Shown here: positions 12,088 to 25,300 of the stretch, in pieces
Layout of the letters: every line of letters starts with the position of its first letter
Position numbering within the stretch: position 1 is the first letter of the stretch
Assembly (NCBI GenBank): GCA_002269645.1
Contig: NIVC01000758.1
Span: forward strand, 384,993 to 448,992
Reading direction: 5' to 3'
From: Macrostomum lignano
Taxonomy: Eukaryota
DNA length: 64,000 bases
Program-made: the position numbers and the translations under genes
The notes under the pieces: generated by a model
What the model was told of the DNA's origin: nothing
The model's input: only the letters and a program-made list of their open reading frames with translations
Databases searched by the model: none

Positions 12088-13884
12088 CTAAATAGACCTG
12101 GCCAGCTGCAGCAGCAGCAGCACTGCAGGCAGCAGCAGAGTTGCCCGAGTTCGCCCAGCAGGGTTGCACAGGTCGCCGCTGGAGCAGCACAGCTGCATTG
12201 AGTCGGTGCTCCTGGAGGCCTCGCACTGGGAATTGCTGCTGTCCTCCCGGCGGTAGCACTGCCTGCTGATGCGGGTCACCGTGCCCAGGTAGCCGACCAT
12301 CGACTTGCTGCGGGCAGTTTTGCGTAATTTGCCGATTTTTACATTGGTCTGACCAATCTGAACGAATGTACATGTAGTTTGAATATAATTGGTTTCACGC
12401 AGTGGTGTAAATAGGGGGGATACGGGGATATATCCCCCCATTTTGATGATTTATAGGAAACGAGCATCAGGTTTTTTTTAAAAATGCAAAATATAGCGGC
12501 TTAGACTTAGCAAAATTGCCAAAAATTGGCCTATTTAACCCGTAAATTAATATTAAAATGTTTTAAACGATATTTCCGTGAATAGTTTGTTCCTAAAATG
12601 CCGCAGACAGGACAGACGTCTGCCGGCTTTTTTTATTTTAACAAAGTAAAGTTTTTTAGACAAATAAACATGGTTTTGGTACTTTCCAAATGCATACATT
12701 AAGCAAAAAATTGCAAAAAAAACTATTTTATTTGTCTACCATTTTGTCCCTACAAGTTATCCCCCCTTTTCAAAATCCTATGTACACCACTGGTTTTACG
12801 CTAATTACAGATTTGGTCTGACCAATCTGAATGAATGTAGTTTAAATAATATTGGTTTTACGTTAATTACAGATTTGATCTGACCAATCTGAACGAATGT
12901 AGTTTGAATAAAATTGGTTTTACGTTAATTACAGATTTGGTCTGACAAATCTGGTACATTTTAGTTAGACTGATGCCACTCGCACTATAATTGCTGGCGC
13001 ACACGGTGTTTTATGGATGCAATAAAATAACAGCATGAGCATCAGCTATAATTAAACTGAACCCTCCCCCATCAGCCAGCCAGCCGGCAAGTCCACGTGA
13101 CCAAGCTGAATTCGCAGTGCTCCTGATTTCAGCACTGGCTCACTGTAGAGCGTGGCGTGGCGCACAGACGAGGGTTGAGAAGCAAAGCTGCCTAGCAACA
13201 AAAATGCTTTGCCCCCTGCTCTCTCTGTCTTTTGTTTTCGAACTGGTTGCCATGCAATATCCGGCAGAGATTCCAGCCTCCCAGTAACTCCCAGCTCTCT
13301 TTTACTCGGCTGGCATAGCATGCCCTGTTTGCACTCTGCTCCCCATCTGAGCACTGCTAATCCTCATGCAGATTCGCCTCTCTGCTCAGTCTCTTTGAAT
13401 TGCTGCTTTTGCTCTTTTCCTGTTTCCCTCTGCAATTCTCTTCTGTCTATTATATCTGCCTGCTGCTCTTCATATTGCAACTTCTGCAGCCAAGCCTCCT
13501 TGCCGCCCAGCCTCCGCTGTCCCAACAAGCAGCCACTTCCCCGCTTTCCCTGCCATTTCCACTTTAAACCAGAATTCTTACAGGCCGACTCGCCCACTAC
13601 AGATGTAGCTCGCTTTCTCTGCCTGTCTTTTCCATCTTGCTCTCCCGTCAGTACTCTGGGCTTGCACGGCAACAGTGATGGCTGCAACAGAACCCCTCTG
13701 CGCCCCCCCCCCCTGGAAACCCGCACCGCTGGCCCCGCCGCCCCAGACTTCTTCTCTAAGCAGAACAGCAAATAGCCGAGCCAGAACATTTCTGGCCGCT
13801 GGACAAACAAAAATGGCTTTGGTATGGCAGCGGCTCTGCTGACAGGGTCTGCATGCATAGGGCTGCAGACTTTCTGTGTCTGCC

Positions 13885-13929
<45 letters not shown>

Positions 13930-13962
13930 TAGTGTCTGTCTGTCTGTGTGTCTGTCTGTCTG

Positions 13963-13997
<35 letters not shown>

Positions 13998-14124
13998 GTC
14001 TGTCCGTGTGTCTGTCTGTCTGTCTGTGTCTTAGTGTCTGTCTGTGTGTCTGTCTGTCTGTCTGTCTTAGTGTCTGTCTGTCTGTGTGTCTGTCTGTCTG
14101 TGTCTGTCCGTCTGTCTGTCTGTC

Positions 14125-14187
<63 letters not shown>

Positions 14188-14194
14188 GTCTTAG

Positions 14195-14255
<61 letters not shown>

Positions 14256-14308
14256 TAGTGTCTGTCTGTCTGTCTTTCTGTCTGTCTGTCTGTCTTTCTG
14301 TCTGTCTT

Positions 14309-14396
<88 letters not shown>

Positions 14397-14704
14397 TATC
14401 TCTCTGTCTGTGTGTCTGTCTATCTATCTATCTAATCTATCTATAATCTATCTATCTACATATCCGCTCACCCGCACTGCTCGCAGACGGTGTCATTCAT
14501 GGCGTTGGCCGCGGTGACGCTGCCGCTCAGGTCGCAGGGGTCGCAGACGTAGCAGCGAATGCGAGTTCCGGGCAGCGAGGTGGTCGTCGGCGAAGCGGTG
14601 GCCGTCACCCCCGGTGTCGTCGTGGTGGCGGCGTCCATCACGGCTGGCCGGGAAGCCAGCGCCGCGATGGCGAAGAGTATCGCGGCAGGCAGCAGCTGGG
14701 ACAT
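12088..14704 (-). CDS. Ly6/uPAR (three-finger) domain protein with signal peptide and GPI-anchor signal, 2 exons, ~150 aa
   Basis: Exons 14704-14472 and 12307-12088 (phase 2, GTGAGC donor, CCCGCAG acceptor). Hydrophobic N-terminus, Thr-rich stalk, 10 Cys in LU spacing (CYVCDPC...CEQC...C...C...CCSSGDLCN), then a hydrophobic C-tail [12 protein letters not shown]. Confidence 0.85.
12340..12955 (+). repeat. 62-bp tandem repeat interrupted by a MITE
   Basis: Unit start ATTTGGTCTGACCAATCTG recurs at 12811, 12873 and 12935; a partial copy lies at ~12345-12399. Confidence 0.8.
12400..12792. mobile_element. hAT-type MITE, 393 bp
   Basis: TIR CAGTGGTGTA(A/C)ATAGG at both ends; 8-bp TSD GTTTCACG / GTTTTACG (7/8 match). 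Confidence 0.85.
13870..14460 (+). repeat. (TCTG)n microsatellite grading into (TCTA)n
   Basis: Direct inspection; ends ~10 bp from the Ly6 exon 1 donor. Confidence 0.97.
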
Positions 14705-15321
14705 GTTTCAAGACTCAAGACTGAAGCTCTTGGCTGCTCCGCCGCTCCTAGGGGCAGATGTTGAGTTTTTGGGCGGGAAGAAAAGCGAAGCCTCTTCAGG
14801 GCCGGGCTGAGTTGCTAGGGGGGGGGGGGCTGTCGGCTATTGGAGGCTGGGGTGCAGAAGAGACAGTTGTCAGGCGCGGTGAGCCAGGACAATAGCATGG
14901 CGGAAGTCAGTTCCAGACCTTTGTTTCGCCTCGGCTGCTGCGCTCCGGCCTCCTCCTCTGCTCTCCTCCTTTCTGCAGGCGCAGACGCAACAGAGAGAAA
15001 ACAGGATGAGGCACATGCGGCTGGGGGATGCTGGCTGCGTGGGGAACACTGGGAGGGATGCAGCAATGCCGGGTGGAGATGGAGCCCCCCTCACTGCAGC
15101 CGCCTGTTATTTGTCGAATCGATCGCTGCGGAGGCGGGGGCTGCTGGGGAGGCGAGTCCGCAGGCGGAGCACAATGGCGTGGCCTGTCCCTGCATTCACT
15201 GACGCAGACCTCCCCGAGCCAGGCCGCTTCCTGACATGACAGCCTGGTAGAAAACGGAAAATATGCGGTTTTTACAGCTCGCTGGCTAAAGTAGTTTCTC
15301 GTGTCTTGAGGTTTCTAGCTT

Positions 15322-15980
15322 TTGAAGTGTCCAGTTTGTGAACTCTCCAGTTTGTGAACTCTCCAGTTTGTGAGCTCTCCAGTTTGTGAACTCTCCAGTT
15401 TGTGAACTCTCCTGTTTGTGAACTCTCCTGTTTGTGAACTCTCCAGTTTGTGAACTCTCCAGATTGTGAACTCTCCAGTTTGTGAACTCTCCAGTTTGTG
15501 AACTCTCCAGATTGTGAACTCCCCAGTTTGTGAACTCTCCAGTTTGTGAACTCTCCAGATTGTGAACTCTCCAGTTTGTGAACTCTCCAGATTGTGAACT
15601 CTCCAGTTTGTGAACTCTCCAGATTGTGAACTCTCCTGTTTGTGAACTCTCCAGTTTGTGAACTCTCCAGATTGTGAACTCTCCAGATTGTGAACTCTCC
15701 TGTTTGTGAACTCTCCAGTTTGTGAACTCTCCAGATTGTGAACTCTCCAGTTTGTGAACTCTCCAGATTGTGAACTCTCCAGTTTGTGAACTCTCCTGTT
15801 TGTGAACTCTCCAGTTTGTGAGCTCTCCAGTTTGTGAACTCTCCTGTTTGTGAACTCTCCTGTTTGTGAACTCTCCAGTTTGTGAACTCTCCAGTTTGTG
15901 AACTCTCCAGATTGTGAACTCTCCTGTTTGTGAACTCTCCTGTTTGTGAACTCTCCTGTTTGTGAACTCTCCTGTTTGTG
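15322..15980 (+). repeat. 16-bp minisatellite (TTTGTGAACTCTCCAG)
   Basis: About 41 units. Confidence 0.96.
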
Positions 15981-16289
15981 AAGCGACCCCGCCTGACAGA
16001 CCCCAGTTGTGCGGCCATCAGAGGCAGAGAGAGCGGCGAGAAAGCTGCAGCGTTGAAGGGGGGTAGAAAAAAGAGAAAGAAGGAAAAGATGAGAGCTGCA
16101 GGGGCACAATTATGCACGCAGAAGAATTTCATAACTCTGCCGCCCGCCCCGCCTCTCCGCTCCCTCCACTCGCCTTCGCACAGACCTGCGACTAAATAAG
16201 CCTCAGGTTGTCCATGGTGACCATCTGCCCCCCGGCTCTCTCTTTCGGACAGTAAGCTAGACTCAGAGAAAGTGAAGGCTGTAGGCGAA

Positions 16290-16660
16290 GTAGAAGCAGA
16301 ACGAGCAGTAGAAGAGGCAACAGAAGCAGAAGAAGCAACAGAAGCAGAAGAAGCAACAGAAGCAGAAGAAGCGACAGAAGCAGACGAAGCAACAGAAGCA
16401 GAAGAAACAACAGAAGCAGAAGAAGCAACAGAATCAGAAGAAACAGCAGAAGCAGCAGAAGCAGAAGCAACAGAAGCACAAGAAACAACAGAAGCAGAAG
16501 AAACAACAGAAGCAGAAGAAACAACAGAATCACAAGAAACAGCAGAAGCAGAAGAAACAGCAGAAGCAGAAGAAGCAGCAGAAGCAGAAGAAACAACAAG
16601 CAGAAGAAACAACAGAAGCAGAAGAAACAACAGAAGCAGAAAAAACAGCAGAAGCAGCAT
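16290..16660 (+). repeat. Cryptic trinucleotide repeat (GAA/GCA/ACA)
   Basis: Reads as TEAEEA repeats, in frame with the downstream ORF. Confidence 0.9.
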
Positions 16661-16667
16661 AAAAAAC

Positions 16668-16800
16668 ATGACCTATTCTCAGCGAGGCGGCGGCGCGGAC
16701 GTCCTGACGCTGCCGCGGCTGATGCGCAGCCTGCATGACCGAGCGGAGACGCCGAACGCGGACAAGGACCCGATCCGCTATCAGTGGCACACCCGCCCGT

Positions 16801-16833
<33 letters not shown>

Positions 16834-17629
16834 CGGCCGATGCGACAGGCGACAGGCCAGCCAGCTTTGGCCGCTTCGACTCGGATGACATTCTGGCCGC
16901 GGTGCGCCGTCGGATCCGCAGCCCGCCGGACCACCGCATCCGGGACGCCATGCACCGCCGGGCCGTGGCCGAAGCCAACCCGGGCGGCGGCAGAGGCGGC
17001 CAGCTGAACTCGGTGATGGCGCACTACCTGACGGCCAGCAGCCTGGCTGATTCGGTGCTCAACCGCCGCCTGATGCAGCCGGCCCAGCAGCCTGGCTGCA
17101 GCTGCTGCGCTGGGGTGAACTTCGCCAACAAGCTACGGCGCCACCGGGCCGCCAGGGGCGTCGTGCCGCTGCCCGAGCAGGACCGGCTGGCCGGGCCGCC
17201 CTCCAGCTTCCACTACGATGCTTCGCCGGACGAGCTGGCCGAGCTGGCCGACCACCGCCGCCTTCGCCACCGCCCAACCACCCCGCCGGAGCTGCGGCGG
17301 AGCGAAGCGGAGCACCAGCTGGACGCCAACTTGCGGAGGCTGGAGAGCTCCATCCTAGCGCTGGGGAGCCGCCGGAGCGGCCGAGCCTGCCGCCCGACTG
17401 CTCGGTGAGCTCGGAGCTCGAGCCGCAGGCGGACGAGTACTTCCGGCCGGGCGTGGTGCCCACCAAGTATCTGCCGTTCGCGCCCAGGAATCCGCTGAGG
17501 CGCCCGCCGCCCCGGCTCAGCGGCGGTGACCTCAAGGAGAGGCGGGGCCGGGCGGCCGCCAAGTACGTGAGCTTCAGCCCGAGGAACCCGGAGCTCGTGC
17601 TGTACTCACCGGAGGCCAGCGTGCTCTGA
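16668..17629 (+). CDS. Uncharacterised intronless protein, ~320 aa after correcting a 1-bp frameshift at 17363-17366
   Basis: GC-rich coding-like codon usage from ATG 16668. Adding one G to the G4 run joins ORF 16272-17408 to the frame of 17405-17629 (…ILALG-EPPERPSLPP…). No family recognised. Confidence 0.6.
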
Positions 17630-17699
17630 TTGGCTGGGAGGCCGTTTTACTGAATTCAGAGTTTGGAGTTTTGCTGGATCATTTTTCAGCCTTGGCACT

Positions 17700-18270
17700 C
17701 CGATCCAATCCACTCCAATCCACCCCAATCCACTCCAATCCACCCCAATCCACTCCAATCCACCCCAATCCACTCCAATCCACCCCAATCCACCCAATCC
17801 ACCTAACTCCACCCCAATCCACCCAACTCCACCCCAATCCACTCCAATCCACCCCAATCCACCCAACTCCACCCCAATCCACCCAACTCCACCCCAATCC
17901 ACCCAAATCCACCCAATCCACCTAACTCCACCCAATCCACCCAGTCCACCCAATCCACCAAATTCACCAAATTCACCAAATTCACTATATCTACCCGATC
18001 CAGCCAATCCACCAAATCTACCCAATCCACCAACTCCACCCAATCCACCAGTCCACCCCAAATCCACCCCAATCCAACAAATCCACCCTATTGCACCAAA
18101 TCCAACCCATTTCCACCCCAAATCCACCTTAATCCACCAATCCATCCCAAATCCACCCCAATCCATCCAATCCAATCCACCCCAATCCACCCCAAATCCA
18201 CCCTATCCACCCCAAAGCCCAAATCCACCAGTCCACTGCAAACCCACACTAATTCACTCCAATGATCCAA
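17700..18270 (+). repeat. CCAATCCAC-based degenerate 9-20-bp repeat
   Basis: Direct inspection. Confidence 0.92.
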
Positions 18271-18961
18271 TCCACACCCAATGCTTAACGCCAATTCTAG
18301 AATGGAATGTTTAATATATTTCAGTATTATATTTTCAATCCAAACTTGTACCGCAGAGTACATCCCTGCCCTTTACAAAATAAGTACTACATGTACCTTT
18401 CTGCGCAGTAAATGTAATTCTAATAAAGCAACTACATGTAATTCGCTGTTTTTACTTTAGGAGAATTCACTTCATCTCTACTGCTAGTAGAGAGTTTGAA
18501 ATATTTTCCATTTCACCATATTCGTAATGCGCCCGACGCACACAAGCACGCGTTTTTCAGAGATAACCTGTAACAAATATATTATAGTAAATAAACAAAG
18601 CAAAATGTCTGATGAAGACAACTGTCCATGCTTGATTTTTTCTCTTAAAACCAGCAGAAAATACACATTGGCACCTCTTTCTGCTTGAAGTCGTGGGAAG
18701 ACAGAATTTTTATTGTTGAGCAGCTGTAAGCTTCTATATAGAATATTAAGTCTACAGGGATTCAGCTTAATCCACGGTGCACTGGTTAAAGCTTTGCGCA
18801 GTAAAACAAAATAGTAAATAAAAAGCTGCAAGTTGGATACACAAGCAGGAGTCAAGGTTGAATGCAAATTATTGGCACCAGCAGCTGTGGACAGAAGTGC
18901 AGCTCAGTTTGCAAATCCATTTGCAGTGTCACCTCTCCCTATTGCTCAGCTTAGTCTATCG

Positions 18962-19290
18962 GGATCCACACCAGTCCACACGAATCTACACCAGTCCACA
19001 CCAATCCACACCAATCCACAGCAGTGCACACAAATCCACATCAACCCACATCAGCACACACCAATCCACATCAGCACACACCAATCCACATCAACACACA
19101 CCAATCCACATCAACCCACACCAATCCACATCAGCATACACCAATCCACATCAGCACACACCAATCCACATCAACACACACCAATCCACATCAGCACACA
19201 CCAATCCACACCAGCACACACCAATCCACACCAATCCTAAACCAACCCACAATAACCCACATCAACCAAACCAATCCACGTCAATCCACT
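18962..19290 (+). repeat. 20-bp repeat (CACACCAATCCACATCAGCA)
   Basis: Direct inspection; lies just 3' of the PTPDC1 stop. Confidence 0.92.
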
Positions 19291-19322
19291 CAAGTTCATG
19301 CCAAACACACCAATCGAAGGCT

Positions 19323-22300
19323 CTACTCCTCAGCTCCCAGCCTCTCTTCCGCATCCCCGTCCAGCGCCATCGCCTCCCCATAGGGCAGCTCCTTCTCGGC
19401 GATCTCGCGCGCCTCCTCAGCCCGCAGCTCCTCCTCCTCGGCCTCGCGCGGCTCGCCGCACAGCCGCCCGAGCGGCGCCGCCCAGGCCCGGAACGGCCCG
19501 ACGCCCGGCCGCTCCACCAGGCACTCGGTGAAGTCCAAGAAGCTGGCGAAGTACTTGGCGAATGCCGGGTAGCCGCGGCCATTCGCGGTGTCCCAGGCGG
19601 CCAGACCGGTCTGCGTGAGGCCGGACAACAGGCGCAGCATGACGGCCTCCTCCAGGTCGTCCATGGCGTGCTGGCCGCCAGCGCCGAAGCGCAGAAGGAA
19701 AACCGCGCAGTAGCGGAGCAGCGTGGCAGTGAGGCTGCTCAGGCCGCCAGGCCGGCCGTGATGGTCGGGGAGGCCAGCAGGATCGAGATGTGCTGCGGGT
19801 GGCCACCGGGGAGTCAGTGGGGCAGTGGGTCATTGGGGCAGTGGGTCAGTGGGTCATTGGGGCAGTGGGTCAGTGGGTCATTGGGGCAGTGGGTCATTGG
19901 GGCAGTGGGTCAGTGGGTCATTGGGCAGTGGGTCAGTGGGTCATTGGGGCAGTGGGTCAGTGGGTCATTGGGGCAGTGGGTCAGTGGGTCATTGGGGCAG
20001 TGGGTCAGTGGGTCATTGGGGCAGTGGGTCATTGGGGCAGTGGGTCAGTGGGTCATTGGGGCAGTGGGTCAGTGGGTCATTGGGGCAGTGGGTCAGTGGG
20101 TCATTGGGGCAGTGGGTCAGTGGGTCATTGGGGCAGTGGGTCATTGGGGCAGTGAGTCAGTGGGTCATTGGGGCAGTGGGTCAGTGGATCACTGGGTCAA
20201 TGTATCAGTACGTCAGTAGGTCAGTTGATCAGTGAGTCAGTGGGTCAGTGGGGCAGTCGGTCAGTGTGTCAGTGGGTCAGTGTGGCAGTGTTTCAGAGGT
20301 TTAATGGGTCAGTGTGTCAGAGGGTCATTATGGGTCAATGGGTCAATTAGTCACAGTGTGCTAGTGAGTCAGAGGGTCAATGGGTTAGAAGGTTAATGGG
20401 TCAATGGGTCAGTTTGGACAAAGGATCAATATGGGTCAATGGTCAATGGGTCAGTGGGTCAGTTTTGTCAGAGGATCAATATGGGTCAATGGTCAATGGG
20501 TCAGTGGGTCAGTTTGGTCAGAGGATCAATATGGGTCAATGGGTCAGTGGGTCAGTTTGGTCAGAGGATCAATATGGGTCAATGGGTCAATGGGTCAGTT
20601 GGTCAGAGCAATGGTGGGTCAGAGCAGTGGTGGGCCATAGCAGTGGTGGGTCAGTGGGTCAGTGCTCACCTGCCTGGTGACGGCAGCGGCCTTGAGTTCC
20701 CACAGCCAGCAGAGCAGGAAGCGGAACAGCCTGCCGGGGTCCTGGCAGTGCAGCACAGGCCGGTAGCTGCCCTCCGAGTTCAGGCGGTCCCGCCAGACTT
20801 TCAGCTCGTCATCAAGCCGTGGCGGAGCAGCGGCAGCCGCCAGCTCCGAGGTTGCGGCGAGGACGGCCTCGAGGGTGAGCCGCCTGGCAACAGGAAGGGC
20901 GGTCAAGCTGTACTTATCCTGGTAATTTGCGGAAAATTCTGTGCAGATGCCAGAGCATCCAAATGCAAAATCTGTTATAGGCATTGTGAAACCGCCTCGG
21001 ACCAAGCTTCAAATGACCTTCAAAAGTCCACCAGCTGTTGATAAATATCAGTTAAGCCAATGAATTTTTAGGCCTTCAAATTTTTTCCACAACACTGAAG
21101 TGTTGCATGGGGAGGAGACGGCCGCATTCATTTGAGGCTTGTGCGCACGGAAGCTGGCCTGCGGGTTGTCCTGAGATTCACACCTCGTGAGGGCCGATTC
21201 CCAAGGCACAGAGGGTGCACATGTCTGACGCAAGGGCTACTCAAGTAGGACGAGAAACCTCGTTTCTTGGAATATGTTTATGAGGCTGGTTTCTGCCTGA
21301 AAAATACACTGCGGAGATAGGAAGTTTTCAGTTTTTCAGAACAAAAATTGTTATTGATTCTTTAACCAAAGCGAACCTGTCCGCGCCCCGCAGCCCGATT
21401 CTTTAACCAAAGCGAACCTGCCCGCGCCCCGCAGCCCGATTCTTTAACCAAAGCGAACCTGCCCGCGCCCCGCAGCCCGATTCTTTAACCAAAGCGAACC
21501 TGCCGCGCCCCGCAGCCCGATTCTTTAACCAAAGCGAACCTGCCCGCGCCCCGCAGCCCGATTCTTTAACCAAAGCGAACCTGCCCGCGCCCCGCAGCCC
21601 GATTCTTTAACCAAAGCGAACCTGCCCGCGCCCCGCAGCCCGATTCTTTAACCAAAGCGAACCTGCCCGCGCCCCGCAGCCCGATTCTTTAACCAAAGCG
21701 AACCTGCCCGCGCCCCGCAGCCCGATTCTTTAACCAAAGCGAACCTGCCCGCGCCCCGCAGCCCGTTTCTTTAACCAAAGCGAACCTGCCCGCGCCCCGC
21801 AGCCCGATTCTTTAACCAAAGCGAACCTGCCCGCGCCCCGCAGCCCGATTCTTTAACCAAAGCGAACCTGCCCGCGCCCCGCAGCCCGTTTCTTTAACCA
21901 AAGCGAACCTGTCCGCGCCCCGCAGCCCGATTCTTTAACCAAAGCGAACCTGCCCGCGCCCCGCAGCCCGTTTCTTTAACCAAAGCGATCCTGTCCGCGC
22001 CCCGCAGCCCGATTCTTTAACCAAAGCGAACCTGTCCGCGCCCCGCAGCCCGATTCTTTAACCAAAGCGAACCTGCCCGCGCCCCGCAGCCCGATTCTTT
22101 AACCAAGGCGAACCTGTCCGCGCCCCGCAGCCCGATTCTTTAACCAAGGCGAACCTGTCCGCGCCCCGCAGCCCGTTTCTTTAACCAAAGCGAACCTGTC
22201 CGCGCCCCGCAGCCTGATTCTTTAACCAAAGCGAACCTGTCCGCGCCCCGCAGCCCGATTCTTTAACCAAAGCGAACCTGCCCGCGCCCCGCAGCCCGAT

Positions 22301-25300
22301 TCTTTAACCAAGGCGAACCTGCCCGCGCCCCGCAGCCCGATTCTTTAACCAAGGCGAACCTGCCCGCGCCCCGCAGCCCGATTCTTTAACCAAAGCGATC
22401 CTGTCCGCGCCCCGCAGCCCGTTTCTTTAACCAAAGCGATCCTGTCCGCGCCCCGCAGCCCGATTCTTTAACCAAAGCGATCCTGTCCGCGCCCCGCAGC
22501 CCGATTCTTTAACCAAGGCGAACCTGTCCGCGCCCAGCGACAGCTGCAGCAGCCGGGTGCAGACTGTGTGCACAAGCAGCGACAGCCGGCGCAGCTTCCT
22601 GGCCGCGACGCCGTGCAGTAGCGCCCGCTGCCTGTGGAGATGCTCCTCGTAGGAGAACCGGTGCCCGCAGGCCGCCAGGCCTCGGTCCGGCCACTGCACC
22701 AGCAGGATGCGAATGCGCTTGGAGAATTCCCGGACACCGGCCACCTGGGGTTGCCGACGAGTGGCGGGGCGGGCATTCAATGGCTGCCGGATTTTATGCT
22801 CAGTTGTCACTCGGGTGTCACACAGTTGTCACTCGGATGTCACACAGTTGTCACTCGGGTGTCACACAGTTGTCACTCGGATGTCACACAGTTGTCACTC
22901 GGGTGTCACACAGTTGTCACTCGGGTGTCACACAGTTGTCACTCGGGTGTCACACAGTTGTCACTCGGGTGTCACACAGTTGTCACTCGGGTGTCACACA
23001 GTTGTCACTCGGGTGTCACACAGTTGTCACTCGGGTGTCACACAGTTGTCACTCGGGTGTCACACAGTTGTCACTCGGGTGTCACACAGTTGTCACTCGG
23101 GTGTCACACAGTTGTCACTCGGGTGTCACACAGTTGTCAAACAGGTGTCACTCTGCTGTCATTCGAATGTTATTTAGATGCGATTATATTTGGGGGCTTT
23201 AGATTTTACTCTGATATCACTCAGATGTCACTCATTTGTTACTCCAAAATCACTCTCTTGTTACTCAGCCGTCACTTAGTTGTCATCGAAGTGTTGTCAC
23301 TTTGCCACCACTTTGGTGTCATGCAGATGTTATTTAGAAGTCACCCAGTTGTCTTCAGCACTCTGGCCAACACAGTTGCCCCCCCCACGTCCCACCAGCT
23401 GCTCACCTGAGCATGCGACTGCACCGAGCCGGGCCGCTTCAGCCGCAGGTAGGCGATGGCCAGGGCGGGGCTGAGCCGGCGGCTGAACACCAGCAGGCAG
23501 GCGATGGCGAGGCCGGTGCGGCCCAGCCCGGCGTGGCAGTGCACGGCGATGCGGCCCTCGGTTAGGGCGAACTGCATCACCCGGACAAGATCCAGCATCC
23601 GGTAGAAGCTCGGGCAGGTGTAATCGGCCCAGTACAGGTTGTACACGCTGATGCCGTGGCGCATCAGCTCGGTCTGGTCGTAGGAATAGGGGCCCAGCAG
23701 GCCGCGGCCGCAGTGCGCGTGCTCGTGCGGCTCCTGCACACAGAACACCGACTTGACGCTGTGCCTGGGAGCGGTGTGGCGATGGCCTTCCGGTTGCTAT
23801 GAATCTACTGCTGCTTCCAGTTGCTATGAATCTACTGCTGCTTCCGGTTGCTATGAATCTACTGCTGCTTCCGGTTGCTATGAATCTACTGCTGCTTCCG
23901 GTTGCTATGAGTCTACTGCTGCTTCCAGTTGCTATGAATCTACTGCTGCTTCCGGTTGCTATGAATCTACTGCTGCTTCCGGTTGCTATGAATCTACTGC
24001 TGCTTCCAGTTGCTATGAATCTACTGCTGCTTCCGGTTGCTATGAATCTACTGCTGCTTCCGGTTGCTATGAATCTACTGCTGCTTCCGGTTGCTATGAG
24101 TCTACTGCTGCTTCCAGTTGCTATGAATCTACTGCTGCTTCCGGTTGCTATGAATCTACTGCTGCTTCCGGTTGCTATGAATCTACTGCTGCTTCCAGTT
24201 GCTATGAATCTACTGCTGCTTCCGGTTGCTATGAATCTACTGCTGCTTCCGGTTGCTATGAATCTACTGCTGCTTCCGGTTGCTATGAGTCTACTGCTGC
24301 TTCCAGTTGCTATGAATCTACTGCTGCTTCCGGTTGCTATGAATCTACTGCTGCTTCCGGTTGCTATGAATCTACTGCTGCTTCCGGTTGCTATGAATCT
24401 ACTGCTGCTTCCGGTTGCTATGAATCTACTGCTGCTTCCGGTTGCTATGAATCTACTGCTGCTTCCGGTTGCTATGAGTCTAGCTTCCGGTTGCTATGAA
24501 TCTACTGCTGCTTCCGGTTGCTATGAGTCTAGCTTCCGGTTGCTATGAATCTACTGCTGCTTCCGGTTGCTATGAGTCTAGCTTCCGGTTGCCATGAATC
24601 TACTGCTGCTTCCAGTTGCTATGAATCTAGCTTCCGGTTGCTATGAATCTAGCTTCCGGTTCCTATATCTAGCTTTCGGTTGCTATGAATCTAGCTTCCT
24701 GTTGCTATGAATCTAGCTTCCGGTTCCTATATCTAGCTTCCGGTTGCTATGAATCTAGCTTCCGGTTCCTATATCTAGCTTTCGGTTGCTATGAATATAG
24801 CTTCCTGTTGCTATGAATCTAGCTTCCTGTTGCTATGAATCTAGCTTCCGGTTGCTATGAATCTAGCTTCCGGTTCCTATATCTAGCTTTCGGTTGCTAT
24901 GAATCTAGCTTCCTGTTGCTATGAATCTAGCTTCCGGTTCCTATATCTAGCTTCCGGTTGCTATGAATCTAGCTTCCGGTTCCTATATCTAGCTTTCGGT
25001 TGCTATGAATATAGCTTCCTGTTGCTATGAATCTAGCTTCCTGTTGCTATGAATCTAGCTTTCGGTTGCTATGAATCTACTGCTGCTTCCGTTTGCTATG
25101 AATCTACTGTTGCTTCCGGTTGCTATGAATCTAGCTTCCGGTTGTTATGAATCTAGCTTCCGGTTGTTTTGAATCTAGCTTCCTGTTGCTATGAATCTAG
25201 CTTCCGGTTGCTATGAATCTACTGTTGCTTCCGGTTGCTATGAATCTAGCTTGCGGTTGTTATGAATCTAGCTTGCGGTTGTTATGAATCTAGCTTCCGG

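Noticed and set aside
13824-16669. Long ORFs such as (SVCL)n and (SSQTGEFTNWRVHKLE)n
   Set aside because: Translations of stop-free microsatellites and minisatellites.
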